A stretch of 64,000 bases of DNA from the NCBI GenBank assembly GCA_963711565.1, contig CAVQEQ010000003.1, forward strand, positions 160,001-224,000. The letters are read 5' to 3'. Below are positions 53,219 to 62,779 of this stretch, piece after piece (positions within the stretch are counted from its first letter, which is position 1; each line of letters starts with the position of its first letter). The position numbers were made by a program, and so were the translations under genes. This stretch comes from an uncultured delta proteobacterium. GTDB taxonomy: Bacteria > Desulfobacterota > Binatia > Binatales > Binataceae. The notes under the pieces are model-generated. The model was not told the DNA's origin and searched no databases. It was given only the letters and a program-made list of their open reading frames with translations.

Positions 53219-53770
53219 ATGAGAATCCAGGCACTCGAAAATAACCAAGTCAGTTGGATGATTCGGCCGCTGTACGGAATGATGCGGCGACGATTCGGCA
53301 AAGTGCTGACGCCATTCAAGGTGTGGGGATACCGCCCGGCGATCACGCTGGGACTGGCCGGCCTGGTTCAAGCGGTCGATCATTCAAACGCGATCGCGCC
53401 GCGGACCAAGGATCTGGCGAGCCTCCGCGCCGCTCAATTGATCGGTTGCAGTTTCTGTATCGACATCGGTTCCGCGATCGTGATGCGGCTCGGCGTGACC
53501 GAGGAAATGCTCGCCGCTCTGGACACCTACGACGAGAATCCGCTCTTCACCCCCGCCGAACGCGCCGCGATCCGATACGCGGAAGAGATGACGCGAACGC
53601 CGGTCGAAGTGTCCGACGAGACCTTCGCCGAACTGCGGCGTCATTTCGACGATCGAGCACTGGTGGACCTGACGGCGGCAATCGCGCTGGAGAATCTGCA
53701 CGCGCGCTTCAACTGGGCTTTTCAAATCGAGAGCGACGGCCTCTGCCGACTGCCGCTGAATCCAGCCCTC
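53219..53770 (+). CDS. Carboxymuconolactone decarboxylase/AhpD-like protein; 3' end uncertain
   Basis: GCSFCIDI (CxxC), ERAAIRYAEEMT, LRRHFDD, ARFN. Family-like sequence ends near GLCRLP, but the frame stays open to 54691. Confidence 0.8.
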
Positions 53771-53930
53771 GCGCGCCGGCCACAACTGACCGGGAGCGCC
53801 GTTTCGGTCGAAATTCATATTTTCCTCGCCTCGCGCGAGCCTGATAGTATCCGCGACGTTACTCTGCCGGGCCGTAACTGTGGCCCGGCGGCGCGGTTAC
53901 TCTATTCGAGAGTTGAAAGGCAATCTCACC

Positions 53931-55055
53931 TTGAAGCAATGGTGCGCGATAGCTCTCGTCCCGACGCTCGCACTGATTGCGATTGTAGGATGCTCGCACG
54001 GGCCGGCCGATACTTTCGGCGAGCGCGACGCCGTGCCGATTCTCGCGGCCAAGGTCGTGCAGAAGACTGTCTCCGATACGATTCGTGCGATAGGCCGAGT
54101 CGAGGCTTTCTCGACCGTCGATGTGAAGGCGCAAATCAACGGCCAGGTCATGCAGGTCCATTTCCTCCAGGGGCAGGACGTCAAGCAGGGCGACCTGCTG
54201 TTCACGATCGATCCGCGCCCGTTCGAGGCCGCGCTGCAACAGGCGCAGGCCAATCTCGCCAAGGATCGCGCGCAATACCGCGAGGCTGCGGCCGACGAGC
54301 ATCGCTACTCCGTGCTGCTCAAGGAGAACGTCGGATCGCGCCAGCAATACGATCAAGTCGAGGCGACCGCGGCCGCGCTCTCGGCCTCGATGCAGGCCGA
54401 CGAAGCTGCGGTGCAGACCGCGCGCTTGAATCTCGAGTACTGCGAAATCCGCGCGCCGATCGACGGCCGCACCGGCGACCTGCTCGTGCATGCCGGCAAT
54501 CTCGTCAAGCCCGATGCCGACACGGCGATGGTCGTCATCAACCAGGTGCATCCGGTGTACGTCAACTTCGCGATTCCCGAGCAGAAGCTGCCCGCCGTTC
54601 GCGAGTTCATGGCGGACCGCAAGCTCGCAGTCCAGGTCTCGTTGCCCGAGCAGCAAGGGGTCGAGTCCGGCGATCTTACGTTCGTCGATAACACCGTCGA
54701 TGCGAAGACCGGCACGATAAATCTCAAGGGACAGTTCGCCAACACCAACGGGCGCCTGTGGCCGGGCGAGTATGTCAACGCGACACTGATCCTCCACGAT
54801 CACCCCGGCGCGATCCTGGTGCCATCGCAGGCTGTGCAGACCGGCCAGCAAGGCTCGTTCGTGTTCGTCGTGCAGTCGGCGATGAAAGTCGAGCTCAGGC
54901 CGATCGTCGTCGGCGAAACGATCGACAATCAGACTGTCGTCAACAGCGGACTCAAGGCCGGCGAAACTGTCGTGACCGACGGGCAGCTCCGCCTGATTCC
55001 CGGCGCCACCGTCACCATCAAGAGCGGCTTGACCGAGAGCGGCGCGTCATCATGA
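53931..55055 (+). CDS. RND efflux periplasmic adaptor subunit (MdtA-like)
   Basis: Lipoprotein-type signal (IVGC), GQDVKQGDLLFTIDPRPF, IRAPIDGRTG, VVTDGQ. Start TTG 53931 or upstream at 53880. Confidence 0.92.
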   Translation: MKQWCAIALVPTLALIAIVGCSHGPADTFGERDAVPILAAKVVQKTVSDTIRAIGRVEAFSTVDVKAQINGQVMQVHFLQGQDVKQGDLLFTIDPRPFEAALQQAQANLAKDRAQYREAAADEHRYSVLLKENVGSRQQYDQVEATAAALSASMQADEAAVQTARLNLEYCEIRAPIDGRTGDLLVHAGNLVKPDADTAMVVINQVHPVYVNFAIPEQKLPAVREFMADRKLAVQVSLPEQQGVESGDLTFVDNTVDAKTGTINLKGQFANTNGRLWPGEYVNATLILHDHPGAILVPSQAVQTGQQGSFVFVVQSAMKVELRPIVVGETIDNQTVVNSGLKAGETVVTDGQLRLIPGATVTIKSGLTESGASS

Positions 55056-58000
55056 ACATCGCCGGAATATTCATTCGCCGCCCCGTCATGACGACGCTGA
55101 GTTCGCTCGCGATCGTGCTGTTCGGGCTGATGGCGTACCGCTATCTGCCGGTAAACAATCTTCCCAACGTCGATTTTCCGACGATCGTGGTGAGCGCCTC
55201 CCTGCCGGGCGCCAGTCCCGAGACGATGGCGTCGTCGGTCGCGACCCCGCTCGAGAAACAGTTCTCGACCATCGCCGGCCTCGACTCGATGACCTCGACC
55301 AACATCCAGGGCTCGACCAACATCACGCTGCAATTCAACCTGACGCGCAACATCGACGCCGGCGCGCAGGACGTGCAGGCCGCGATCGCCGCGACGCAGG
55401 CGCAGTTGCCGCCGGGGATGCCGAGTCCGCCGTCCTACAAGAAGGTCAATCCTGCCGATCAGCCGATCCTCTACCTCGGGCTCGGTTCGAGCACGATGCC
55501 GATTTCGCAGGTCGATCAGTACGCCGAGACCTACCTCGCCGAGCGCATCTCGATGGTCTCGGGCGTCGCGCAGGTGCAGGTTTACGGTGCGCAAAAGTAC
55601 GCCGTGCGCATCCAGCTCGATCCGAAGGCGCTCGCCACCCGCGGCATCGGCATCGACGAAGTCTCGACTGCGATTCAAAACGCGAATGTCAACTTACCGA
55701 CCGGCACGCTCTACGGCTCGCATCAGGCGTTCACCGTCAACACCAAGGGTCAGCTGACAAATGCGGCCGCCTACCGATCGCTGATCGTCGCGTATCAAAA
55801 CGGTTCGCCCGTGCGCCTCGACAACGTCGGTCGGGTGCTCGACAGCGTGCAGAACAACAAGACCGCCGGATGGGCCAACGGCGAGCCATCGGTCGTGCTC
55901 GCGATCCAGCGTCAGCCCGGGACCAACACCGTGCAGGTCGTCAACAACGTGATGCGCCTGATTCCCGCGTTCCAAGCGGAAGTGCCGGCCGCGCTGCACA
56001 TCCGCACGCTCGGCAACTATGCCGAAACGATTCGCGCCTCGATCAACGACGTGCAATTCACACTGCTGCTCACCATCTTCCTGGTCGTGCTGGTGATTTT
56101 CCTGTTCCTGCGCAACCTCTCCGCGACGATCATCCCGAGCCTCGCGCTGCCCATGTCGATCATCGGCACCTTCGCCGTCATGTGGATGCTCAACTACTCG
56201 CTCGACAATCTCTCGCTGATGGCGATTACGCTCGGCGTCGGCTTCGTCGTCGATGACGCCATCGTCATGCTCGAGAACATCGTGCGCCACATGGAGATGG
56301 GCAAGGACGTGATGACGGCGGCGCTCGATGGGGCCGCGGAAATCGGTTTCACGATACTCTCGATGACCTTCTCGCTCGCCGCCGTGTTTATCCCGGTGCT
56401 GTTCATGGGCGGCATTTTGGGCCGCCTGCTGCATGAGTTCGCCGTGACGATCGGCGCCGCCATCCTGGTCTCGGGCTTCGTCTCGCTGACCTTGACGCCG
56501 ATGCTGTGCTCGCGCTTTTTGCGACCGCCCGGCAGCGAGCGTCACGGCAAATTTTACGCCGTCACCGAGCGATACTTCGATCGCATGCTCGACGCCTACC
56601 AGCGCAGCCTGTCGTGGGTCATGCGCCATCGCCGCGCGACCATGTATTTTTCCGGCGCGCTGCTGCTTGCAACGATCTACCTCTTCTACGCGATCCCCAA
56701 GGGCTTCCTGCCGTCGGAAGACGACGACCAGTTGATCATCTTCACGCTCGCCGCGCAGGGAATTTCCTACGACTCGATGGTCGAGCATCAGCTCGCCGCG
56801 GCCAGCCTCATAAAGAACGATCCAAGCATCATCAGTTACTTCGTCAGCGTCGGCCCGGGCGGTCCCGGCGGCGCCGGCAATTCCGGCATTATATTTCTGC
56901 ACCTGAAGCCGGCTTCCCAGCGCAAATTAAGCGTCGATCAGCTGATTACGAAATGGCGGCCGCTGTTGAACAGCGTGCCCGGGCTGCGCGTGTTCCTGCA
57001 GAATCCGCCGCCGATCCAGATTGGCGCGCAATTCACGCGCAGCATGTATCAGTTGATGTTGCAGAGCCAGGATACCGCCACGCTCTACAAGTACGCGCCC
57101 ATACTCGAGTCGAAACTGCGCCAGATTTCCGATCTGCGCGGCGTCAACAGCGACCTGCAAATCGAAAATCCGCAAGTCACCGTCAACATCGATCGCGACA
57201 AGGCGCACTCGCTCGGCATCTCCGCCGACGCGATCGAAGACGCGCTCTATAACGCCTACGGTTCGCGCCAGATCTCGACCATCTACGCGCCCAACGACGA
57301 GTACTGGGTGATCATGGAGGTCGAGCCGCAGTACCAGAACGATCCCTCCACTCTGTCGCTGCTCTACGTGCGATCCTCCAGCGGCGACCTGGTGCCGCTC
57401 GACACGCTGGTCAAGTTCACGCGCTCGCTGGGCCCGTTGCAGGTTAACCATTCCGGGCAATTCCCCTCCGCGACGATTTCGTTCAACGTCGCGCCCGGCG
57501 TGTCGCTCGGCAAGGCGCTCGCCGAGGTCCACAAGGTTGCCGCGGCTACCTTGCCCGACAGCATCACCACCAATTTCCAGGGCACGGCGCAGGCCTTCGA
57601 GTCGTCGCTCGGCGGACTCGGCATCTTGCTGATCATGACGATCCTCGTCATCTACCTGGTGCTCGGCGTGCTCTACGAAAGTTTCATCCATCCGATCACG
57701 ATTCTCTCCGGCCTGCCGTCGGCCGGCTTCGGCGCGCTGATGACGTTGTGGATATTCGGCATGGAGCTCGACCTGTTCGCGTTCGTCGGCGTCATCATGC
57801 TGGTAGGTCTCGTCAAGAAAAACGCCATCATGATGATCGACTTCGCGCTCGACGCTCAGCGCACCGAAGGCAAGTCGCCCGCCGACGCAATCTTCGAGGG
57901 CTGCATCATCCGCTTCCGCCCGATCATGATGACGACGATGGCGGCGCTGATGGGAACCCTGCCTATCGCGATAGGACTGGGCGCCGGCGGCTCATCGCGC

Positions 58001-58216
58001 CGTCCGCTGGGAGTAGCTGTCGTCGGCGGTCTGTTCTTCTCGCAGTTCCTGACCCTCTACATCACCCCCGTCTTCTACACCTACATGGAAGCATTCCTCG
58101 CACGTTACAACGCATGGCGCGAAGGCCGCCCGCTGGTGCCCGCACCGCAACCAGCGCCCGCGCAGCTCGCTGCTGAGCCAACCGCCGACCCCGCCGACGG
58201 CCGCCTCGCTTCGTAG
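55052..58216 (+). CDS. RND efflux permease (MdtB/MdtC-like)
   Basis: FIRRPV, PGASPETMA, GFVVDDAIV, KKNAIMMIDF, RFRPIMMTT. Confidence 0.95.
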   Translation: MNIAGIFIRRPVMTTLSSLAIVLFGLMAYRYLPVNNLPNVDFPTIVVSASLPGASPETMASSVATPLEKQFSTIAGLDSMTSTNIQGSTNITLQFNLTRNIDAGAQDVQAAIAATQAQLPPGMPSPPSYKKVNPADQPILYLGLGSSTMPISQVDQYAETYLAERISMVSGVAQVQVYGAQKYAVRIQLDPKALATRGIGIDEVSTAIQNANVNLPTGTLYGSHQAFTVNTKGQLTNAAAYRSLIVAYQNGSPVRLDNVGRVLDSVQNNKTAGWANGEPSVVLAIQRQPGTNTVQVVNNVMRLIPAFQAEVPAALHIRTLGNYAETIRASINDVQFTLLLTIFLVVLVIFLFLRNLSATIIPSLALPMSIIGTFAVMWMLNYSLDNLSLMAITLGVGFVVDDAIVMLENIVRHMEMGKDVMTAALDGAAEIGFTILSMTFSLAAVFIPVLFMGGILGRLLHEFAVTIGAAILVSGFVSLTLTPMLCSRFLRPPGSERHGKFYAVTERYFDRMLDAYQRSLSWVMRHRRATMYFSGALLLATIYLFYAIPKGFLPSEDDDQLIIFTLAAQGISYDSMVEHQLAAASLIKNDPSIISYFVSVGPGGPGGAGNSGIIFLHLKPASQRKLSVDQLITKWRPLLNSVPGLRVFLQNPPPIQIGAQFTRSMYQLMLQSQDTATLYKYAPILESKLRQISDLRGVNSDLQIENPQVTVNIDRDKAHSLGISADAIEDALYNAYGSRQISTIYAPNDEYWVIMEVEPQYQNDPSTLSLLYVRSSSGDLVPLDTLVKFTRSLGPLQVNHSGQFPSATISFNVAPGVSLGKALAEVHKVAAATLPDSITTNFQGTAQAFESSLGGLGILLIMTILVIYLVLGVLYESFIHPITILSGLPSAGFGALMTLWIFGMELDLFAFVGVIMLVGLVKKNAIMMIDFALDAQRTEGKSPADAIFEGCIIRFRPIMMTTMAALMGTLPIAIGLGAGGSSRRPLGVAVVGGLFFSQFLTLYITPVFYTYMEAFLARYNAWREGRPLVPAPQPAPAQLAAEPTADPADGRLAS

Positions 58217-58250
58217 GGAACCCATCCGCTCTGCCCGATCGAAATTAGCT

Positions 58251-58325
58251 CGCCATATTTGGCGTAGTTTTACAATATTCGCGCCATATTCATCATATTT
58301 ATGGTTGCTTTTATGCCATATATAC
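58251..58325. promoter_or_regulatory. AT-rich promoter region with repeated GCCATAT boxes
   Basis: CGCCA-TATT-TGGCG palindrome (58251-58264) and further GCCATAT copies near 58283 and 58315. Confidence 0.45.
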
Positions 58326-58359
58326 CGTATATTGATCTTGAGATGGAAACCGTTGAACT

Positions 58360-58764
58360 ATGAATTCAGCTGCTCAAAAGGATCTGTCGTTGGCTCTGTT
58401 CCGCTACCTTGACGGGCGCCGCAAGGAATTGGGAATGAGCGCGCGGGTGCTCGCTGAACGCTCCGGCGTCGGCATGCGCACCGTGCAACGCATCCTCTCC
58501 GGCCATGAACCAGCCGCCAACATCAATACGGTTTTGTCGATCGCCTGTGCGCTGGAGGTCGAGTTGAGACCAATTGCAACCGTCTCGGCCCACTCGGTTC
58601 GCCGAGCACAAGCGGAGCGAAAGGCGAGTAAGCTGGCTTCGATGGTTCAAGGCACCTCGGCCCTCGAATCTCAGGCCGTGCCCGACGAAGCGCTGCGCGA
58701 GATCAAGGAAGAAGTCGCCGGCAAATTGCTGAGCGGGTCGCGCCGGCAACTCTGGGCGAGTTGA
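58360..58764 (+). CDS. XRE-family HTH protein (mobile mystery protein A-like)
   Basis: RRKELGMSARVLAERSGV HTH, C-terminal ALESQAV..QLW; directly upstream of a Fic gene. Confidence 0.8.
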   Translation: MNSAAQKDLSLALFRYLDGRRKELGMSARVLAERSGVGMRTVQRILSGHEPAANINTVLSIACALEVELRPIATVSAHSVRRAQAERKASKLASMVQGTSALESQAVPDEALREIKEEVAGKLLSGSRRQLWAS

Positions 58765-59360
58765 TGGAGAGTGATTCTACGGAACCAGATGGGGGGACAC
58801 CGTTTGACGGTGAGGGATTGCTCCTTACCAACATCCGAACTCGCGATCAGCTCTTCATCGCGGAAGCACGAAATATCAGCAAGGCCGCGCTCAAGTACCT
58901 GGCAGCGGTGCCATCGGAAAGGTCGGCTCCCTTCACGCTCGATTGGTCCTACCGGCTTCACCGGGAAATGTTCGGGGACGTATGGGAGTGGGCAGGAAAA
59001 AAACGCACGACGCAGAAGAACATAGGGGTTCCTGCTAATCAAATTGACTCTGGTCTCAAGGATCTTTTCGACGACCTGGCCGCTTGGCGCGAGCACAAGA
59101 GTTATTCCTCAATTGAGCAGGCAGCCAGACTCCATCACCGCGCCGTATCAATTCACCCATTCAACAATGGCAATGGCCGCTGGTCGCGTCTCCTGGCTGA
59201 TATCCACTTGAAGCAGTCGGGTTCGCAGCCAACAATGTGGTTGGAAAACATCAACACGGATGAGAGTGCGGCGCGAAAAGAATACATCGCAGCCCTGAAG
59301 GCCGCGGACAAGTCGGACTACAGCAAATTGATACGACTCCACGAAAAGTATTCCCGATGA
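58764..59360 (+). CDS. Fic-domain protein (mobile mystery protein B-like)
   Basis: MFGDVWEWAG, KNIGV, HPFNNGNGRWSR Fic motif, RKEYIAAL. Confidence 0.88.
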   Translation: MESDSTEPDGGTPFDGEGLLLTNIRTRDQLFIAEARNISKAALKYLAAVPSERSAPFTLDWSYRLHREMFGDVWEWAGKKRTTQKNIGVPANQIDSGLKDLFDDLAAWREHKSYSSIEQAARLHHRAVSIHPFNNGNGRWSRLLADIHLKQSGSQPTMWLENINTDESAARKEYIAALKAADKSDYSKLIRLHEKYSR

Positions 59361-60103
59361 ACATGAACTCATTTGAAGGCAAGCGCATTCTCGCGCTGAT
59401 TCGCGGGGGCGACTACGCGCATGCCGGTGAGGAAGAAGCGATCGAGCGCGCCTTCCGCGGAGTTCCGAAAAATCCTGACCATTGGATGCTCGACGTGGGA
59501 TGCGGCCGCGGCGGCAGCGCGGAGTATCTGCGCCGGCATGGATGGGGCCATGTCGACGGAATCGATCGCGACAAAGACTCGATCGAATACGCGCGCACGA
59601 CTTATCCCGAAGTCGCCTTTCACATTTGCGACGTGCTCGACGTTCCGCGCACCGTCGCCCGCGAATTCGATATCGTCTATATGCTCAACGCCTTCTACGC
59701 GTTCTCCAACCAGCGCGAGGCGCTCGCAACTTTGCGACGCGTCGCGAAGCCGGGCGCGCAACTCATCATCTTCGATTACACAATCGGGGCCAAGGCGAAC
59801 GAAGAATCGCTCGCGGTCGATGGGCAAATTCTCATCCCGCACGCGATTCGACTCTCGGAGATTGCGGCGATGCTGAGTGATGCCGGATGGGAGCCGGGCG
59901 GCATCGAGAACCTAAGCACCGACTACGCGCGCTGGTATGCGACGTTCGTCGAACGAATCCAGCTCAAGCGTGCAGAGATCGAAGAGATCGGGGGGTCCGA
60001 TTGGTACAATTTCGTGCTCTCGATGTACTCCGGCCTCCACGGCGTGATCGCGCAAGGCACACTCGGCGGCGCGATCGTTCACGCGCGCAGATTGATCAGT
60101 TGA
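59357..60103 (+). CDS. Class I SAM-dependent methyltransferase
   Basis: LDVGCGRGG, KPGAQLIIFDY; ATGA overlap with the Fic gene. Confidence 0.85.
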   Translation: MNMNSFEGKRILALIRGGDYAHAGEEEAIERAFRGVPKNPDHWMLDVGCGRGGSAEYLRRHGWGHVDGIDRDKDSIEYARTTYPEVAFHICDVLDVPRTVAREFDIVYMLNAFYAFSNQREALATLRRVAKPGAQLIIFDYTIGAKANEESLAVDGQILIPHAIRLSEIAAMLSDAGWEPGGIENLSTDYARWYATFVERIQLKRAEIEEIGGSDWYNFVLSMYSGLHGVIAQGTLGGAIVHARRLIS

Positions 60104-61211
60104 GCCGGTAAAATCGCAGCGCGTTCTGGGTCAGGATGTTGTCGCGCGCGCTCTCCGGCAATTTCCCCAACGCCCGGGTCACCTCGCGCACCACGCCCGG
60201 ATAGGTGCAGTCGAAGTGCGGGTAGTCCGATCCCCACAGCACGTTGCGTTCGACGCCCAGATCGATCATCGCCTTGAGTGTGCTCTCATCAGGATCCATC
60301 GATACGTAACATCGCTCGGCGAAATACTCGCTGGGCTTGCGCTTCAACCACGGCACGTAAGTGCCCATCTTTTCGTAGTGGCTGTCCATCCGATCGAGCC
60401 AGTAACCCAGCCATCCGATTCCCGATTCGAGAAAGCCGACCGTCAGTTTTGGAAATCGCGCGAGCACTCCGCCGCAAACGATATCCATGCAGGCCGCTTG
60501 CTGCTCGAACGGATGACAAACCATGTGGAAGAAGAACGGGTCGTGGTATCGATCGCCGCCCATCGTGGGCATTCGCGTGCCGAAACTGCCGTGAACCGCG
60601 ACCGGAATGTCGAGTTCCTGCGCCTCGCGCCAGAACGGATCGTACGCCGGGTCGTTGAGACGGCGCCCGTTAAACGGATTGGGCCTGACGAACACCGCTT
60701 TGAATCCGAGTTCACGCACGACGCGGCGCATCTCGCGCACCGCTTCATCGACGCTCTGGATCGGCATCGGTGCGACGCCGAACAACCGTTTCGGAAATGG
60801 CTTGCAGAAGTCGGCGAGCCAGTTGTTGTAGGCTCGACACGCGGCCGCCGCGAGCGCCGGATCGACGAGATCGCCGTAGAGCAGCCACAGCGACGGATAA
60901 AGGACCGCGACGTCGATCCCCTCTTCATCCATCACCTTGATACGGGCGTGAGGATCGTAACCGCCGGGCAGAATGTCATCCCAGGTGAGTTTGCGCGCGC
61001 GATCGAGGTCGGAGAGTCCGCCGGGCGTCATCGACGCCGCCACTGGCAGTGACGGTCGGCTGCGATTCTCGTCATTGATCCACAGCTCGTCGGCGCCGTC
61101 GCGATTTCGCCGAACCTGGATCATGCGATCGCGAAATTGCGGTTCGGCGTAATCTTCCCAGAGCGTGCGCGGCTCGACGATATGCCCGTCGGCGTCGATT
61201 ATCCGGGTCAT
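60096..61211 (-). CDS. Amidohydrolase_2 family protein
   Basis: IDADGHIVEP, PVAVH, LESGIGW, WGSDYPHFD. Confidence 0.9.
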   Translation of the reverse strand: MTRIIDADGHIVEPRTLWEDYAEPQFRDRMIQVRRNRDGADELWINDENRSRPSLPVAASMTPGGLSDLDRARKLTWDDILPGGYDPHARIKVMDEEGIDVAVLYPSLWLLYGDLVDPALAAAACRAYNNWLADFCKPFPKRLFGVAPMPIQSVDEAVREMRRVVRELGFKAVFVRPNPFNGRRLNDPAYDPFWREAQELDIPVAVHGSFGTRMPTMGGDRYHDPFFFHMVCHPFEQQAACMDIVCGGVLARFPKLTVGFLESGIGWLGYWLDRMDSHYEKMGTYVPWLKRKPSEYFAERCYVSMDPDESTLKAMIDLGVERNVLWGSDYPHFDCTYPGVVREVTRALGKLPESARDNILTQNALRFYRLN

Positions 61212-61267
61212 GAGAGATCCTCCTTCGAGGCGGATTAGTCAGATCAATGACCGGACGGGCGAGATTG

Positions 61268-61834
61268 TCAAGAAACGCGGTTGCGCGACCATTCCTCGCG
61301 CAGCGTCGCGTACTGATACTCGTCGCACCACTCGCCCTTGAACCATACGTTGTGGAGAAAGTGCCCTTCCCTTTTCATTCCCAGCCGCTCCATCAGCGCG
61401 ACGGACGGAGCGTTGCGGCAATCTGTAGTAGCGATGACGCGGTTGAGGTCGAGCGGACCGAAGGCGAAATCGATCACAGCTCGTGCGGCCTCGGCCGCCA
61501 GCCCGCTGTGCTGGTAGGCGCGCGCGAATGTGTAGCCGATTTCCCCGATGCGCGGCGTAGTCCTGACAACCAGCAGCGCGCAATCGCCGGCCAGCGCGCC
61601 GCCCGCCTTGACCTCTGCCGCGAACTGAAACCATCTTCCCGGGATGCCGGGCCGATGGTGGCTCTGCTGCGCGATGAATCTCACCGCTTCGGCGCGCGAG
61701 ATCGATTCCCACGATTGGTAGCGCGCGACCTCGCGATCGTTTCGATACGCCATGAAACTCGTGAGGTCAGAATCGCGAAAGCGCCGCAGAATCAGGCGCG
61801 GCGTATCGAGATTTGTGAATGTTCGCGTGTTCAC
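61268..61834 (-). CDS. GNAT N-acetyltransferase (RimJ/RimL family)
   Basis: TPRLILRRF, EIGY, QHSGLAAEA, NAPSVALMERLGM. Confidence 0.9.
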   Translation of the reverse strand: MNTRTFTNLDTPRLILRRFRDSDLTSFMAYRNDREVARYQSWESISRAEAVRFIAQQSHHRPGIPGRWFQFAAEVKAGGALAGDCALLVVRTTPRIGEIGYTFARAYQHSGLAAEAARAVIDFAFGPLDLNRVIATTDCRNAPSVALMERLGMKREGHFLHNVWFKGEWCDEYQYATLREEWSRNRVS

Positions 61835-61840
61835 GCGGGT

Positions 61841-62086
61841 TCACCAAAATATCAGGTGAACCGGATACATGAGTGCTGCGCCAATTTCGCTCATGACGCC
61901 GTCGGAATCGTCCGACGATTGAGGCTTGGGCGCGCTGGCCGGATCGCGGTCTTCGTCGGAGATGGACGCATACGGCGGCAGGGTCTGATCGATCTCCTGC
62001 GTCTGCATGCATCCCGCCGCGAGCACGAGCGCGCCCACAACCATCGCGGCCGCGAGGGTAGATTTCCGCCTTCCCGTCACTCGCAT
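61841..62086 (-). CDS. Small lipoprotein
   Basis: Basic N-terminus, hydrophobic stretch, AAGC lipobox. Confidence 0.6.
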   Translation of the reverse strand: MRVTGRRKSTLAAAMVVGALVLAAGCMQTQEIDQTLPPYASISDEDRDPASAPKPQSSDDSDGVMSEIGAALMYPVHLIFW

Positions 62087-62302
62087 AGTTTCGGCGCTCC
62101 GGCTAACACGGTATCGGCCCTTGAATAGGGTTTCAACGCGCCTTCGATTTCTGCGCGCAGTTGTGTGCCGCCGGCGACGGGAAAATCGGTGGTCCCTCTC
62201 AGCGCATACTCGGCCACCGTCCTGGCTTCGTAGCGTGCGAGCGTTTAGCGATGCTATCTTATCGCGTGTGAAGTTTTACGAGAGCGGCGTCGGGTAACCA
62301 AT

Positions 62303-62773
62303 ATGAAAAAAATCGAGTCAGGTGTTGCTATGCGAAGAATCACCCGCCCGTTGACCGCTTTGATTGGGGCGGCCGCGTTGCTCGGACTGCTCAGCGTGAA
62401 CTCTGCGGTGCGCGCCGATGATTCCGTCGGCTCTGTCACCCAAGTCAGCGGCAGCGCGCAGATTCAGCGCGGCGGCGCGACACTCGCCGCGCAACAGGGG
62501 ACGCCGGTAAAGCTTCACGACGAGGTGACCACGCAACCCGGCGCTTCCGTGACGTTGGGGTTTGCCGACGGCAGCTCGATCGCGCTCAGTGGCAACACCA
62601 GCATCGCGATCGAGGACAGCGCTATGGTGAACGGGCAGACAGTGCCGAGCCGCGTGACGTTAATCAACGGCGACATTCATACGATCGTCCCCGACAAGAC
62701 CACCGGGCAACAGCACAGCATCGAAGTGAATACCGCGAACTCGAAGGCGACCGGACCTGCGCCGAATCAATAG
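62303..62773 (+). CDS. Secreted FecR-like domain protein
   Basis: Signal peptide; VGSVTQVSG, DEVTT, LGFADGSSIAL..NT. Alternative start 62330. Confidence 0.72.
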   Translation: MKKIESGVAMRRITRPLTALIGAAALLGLLSVNSAVRADDSVGSVTQVSGSAQIQRGGATLAAQQGTPVKLHDEVTTQPGASVTLGFADGSSIALSGNTSIAIEDSAMVNGQTVPSRVTLINGDIHTIVPDKTTGQQHSIEVNTANSKATGPAPNQ

Positions 62774-62779
62774 CCGCAG

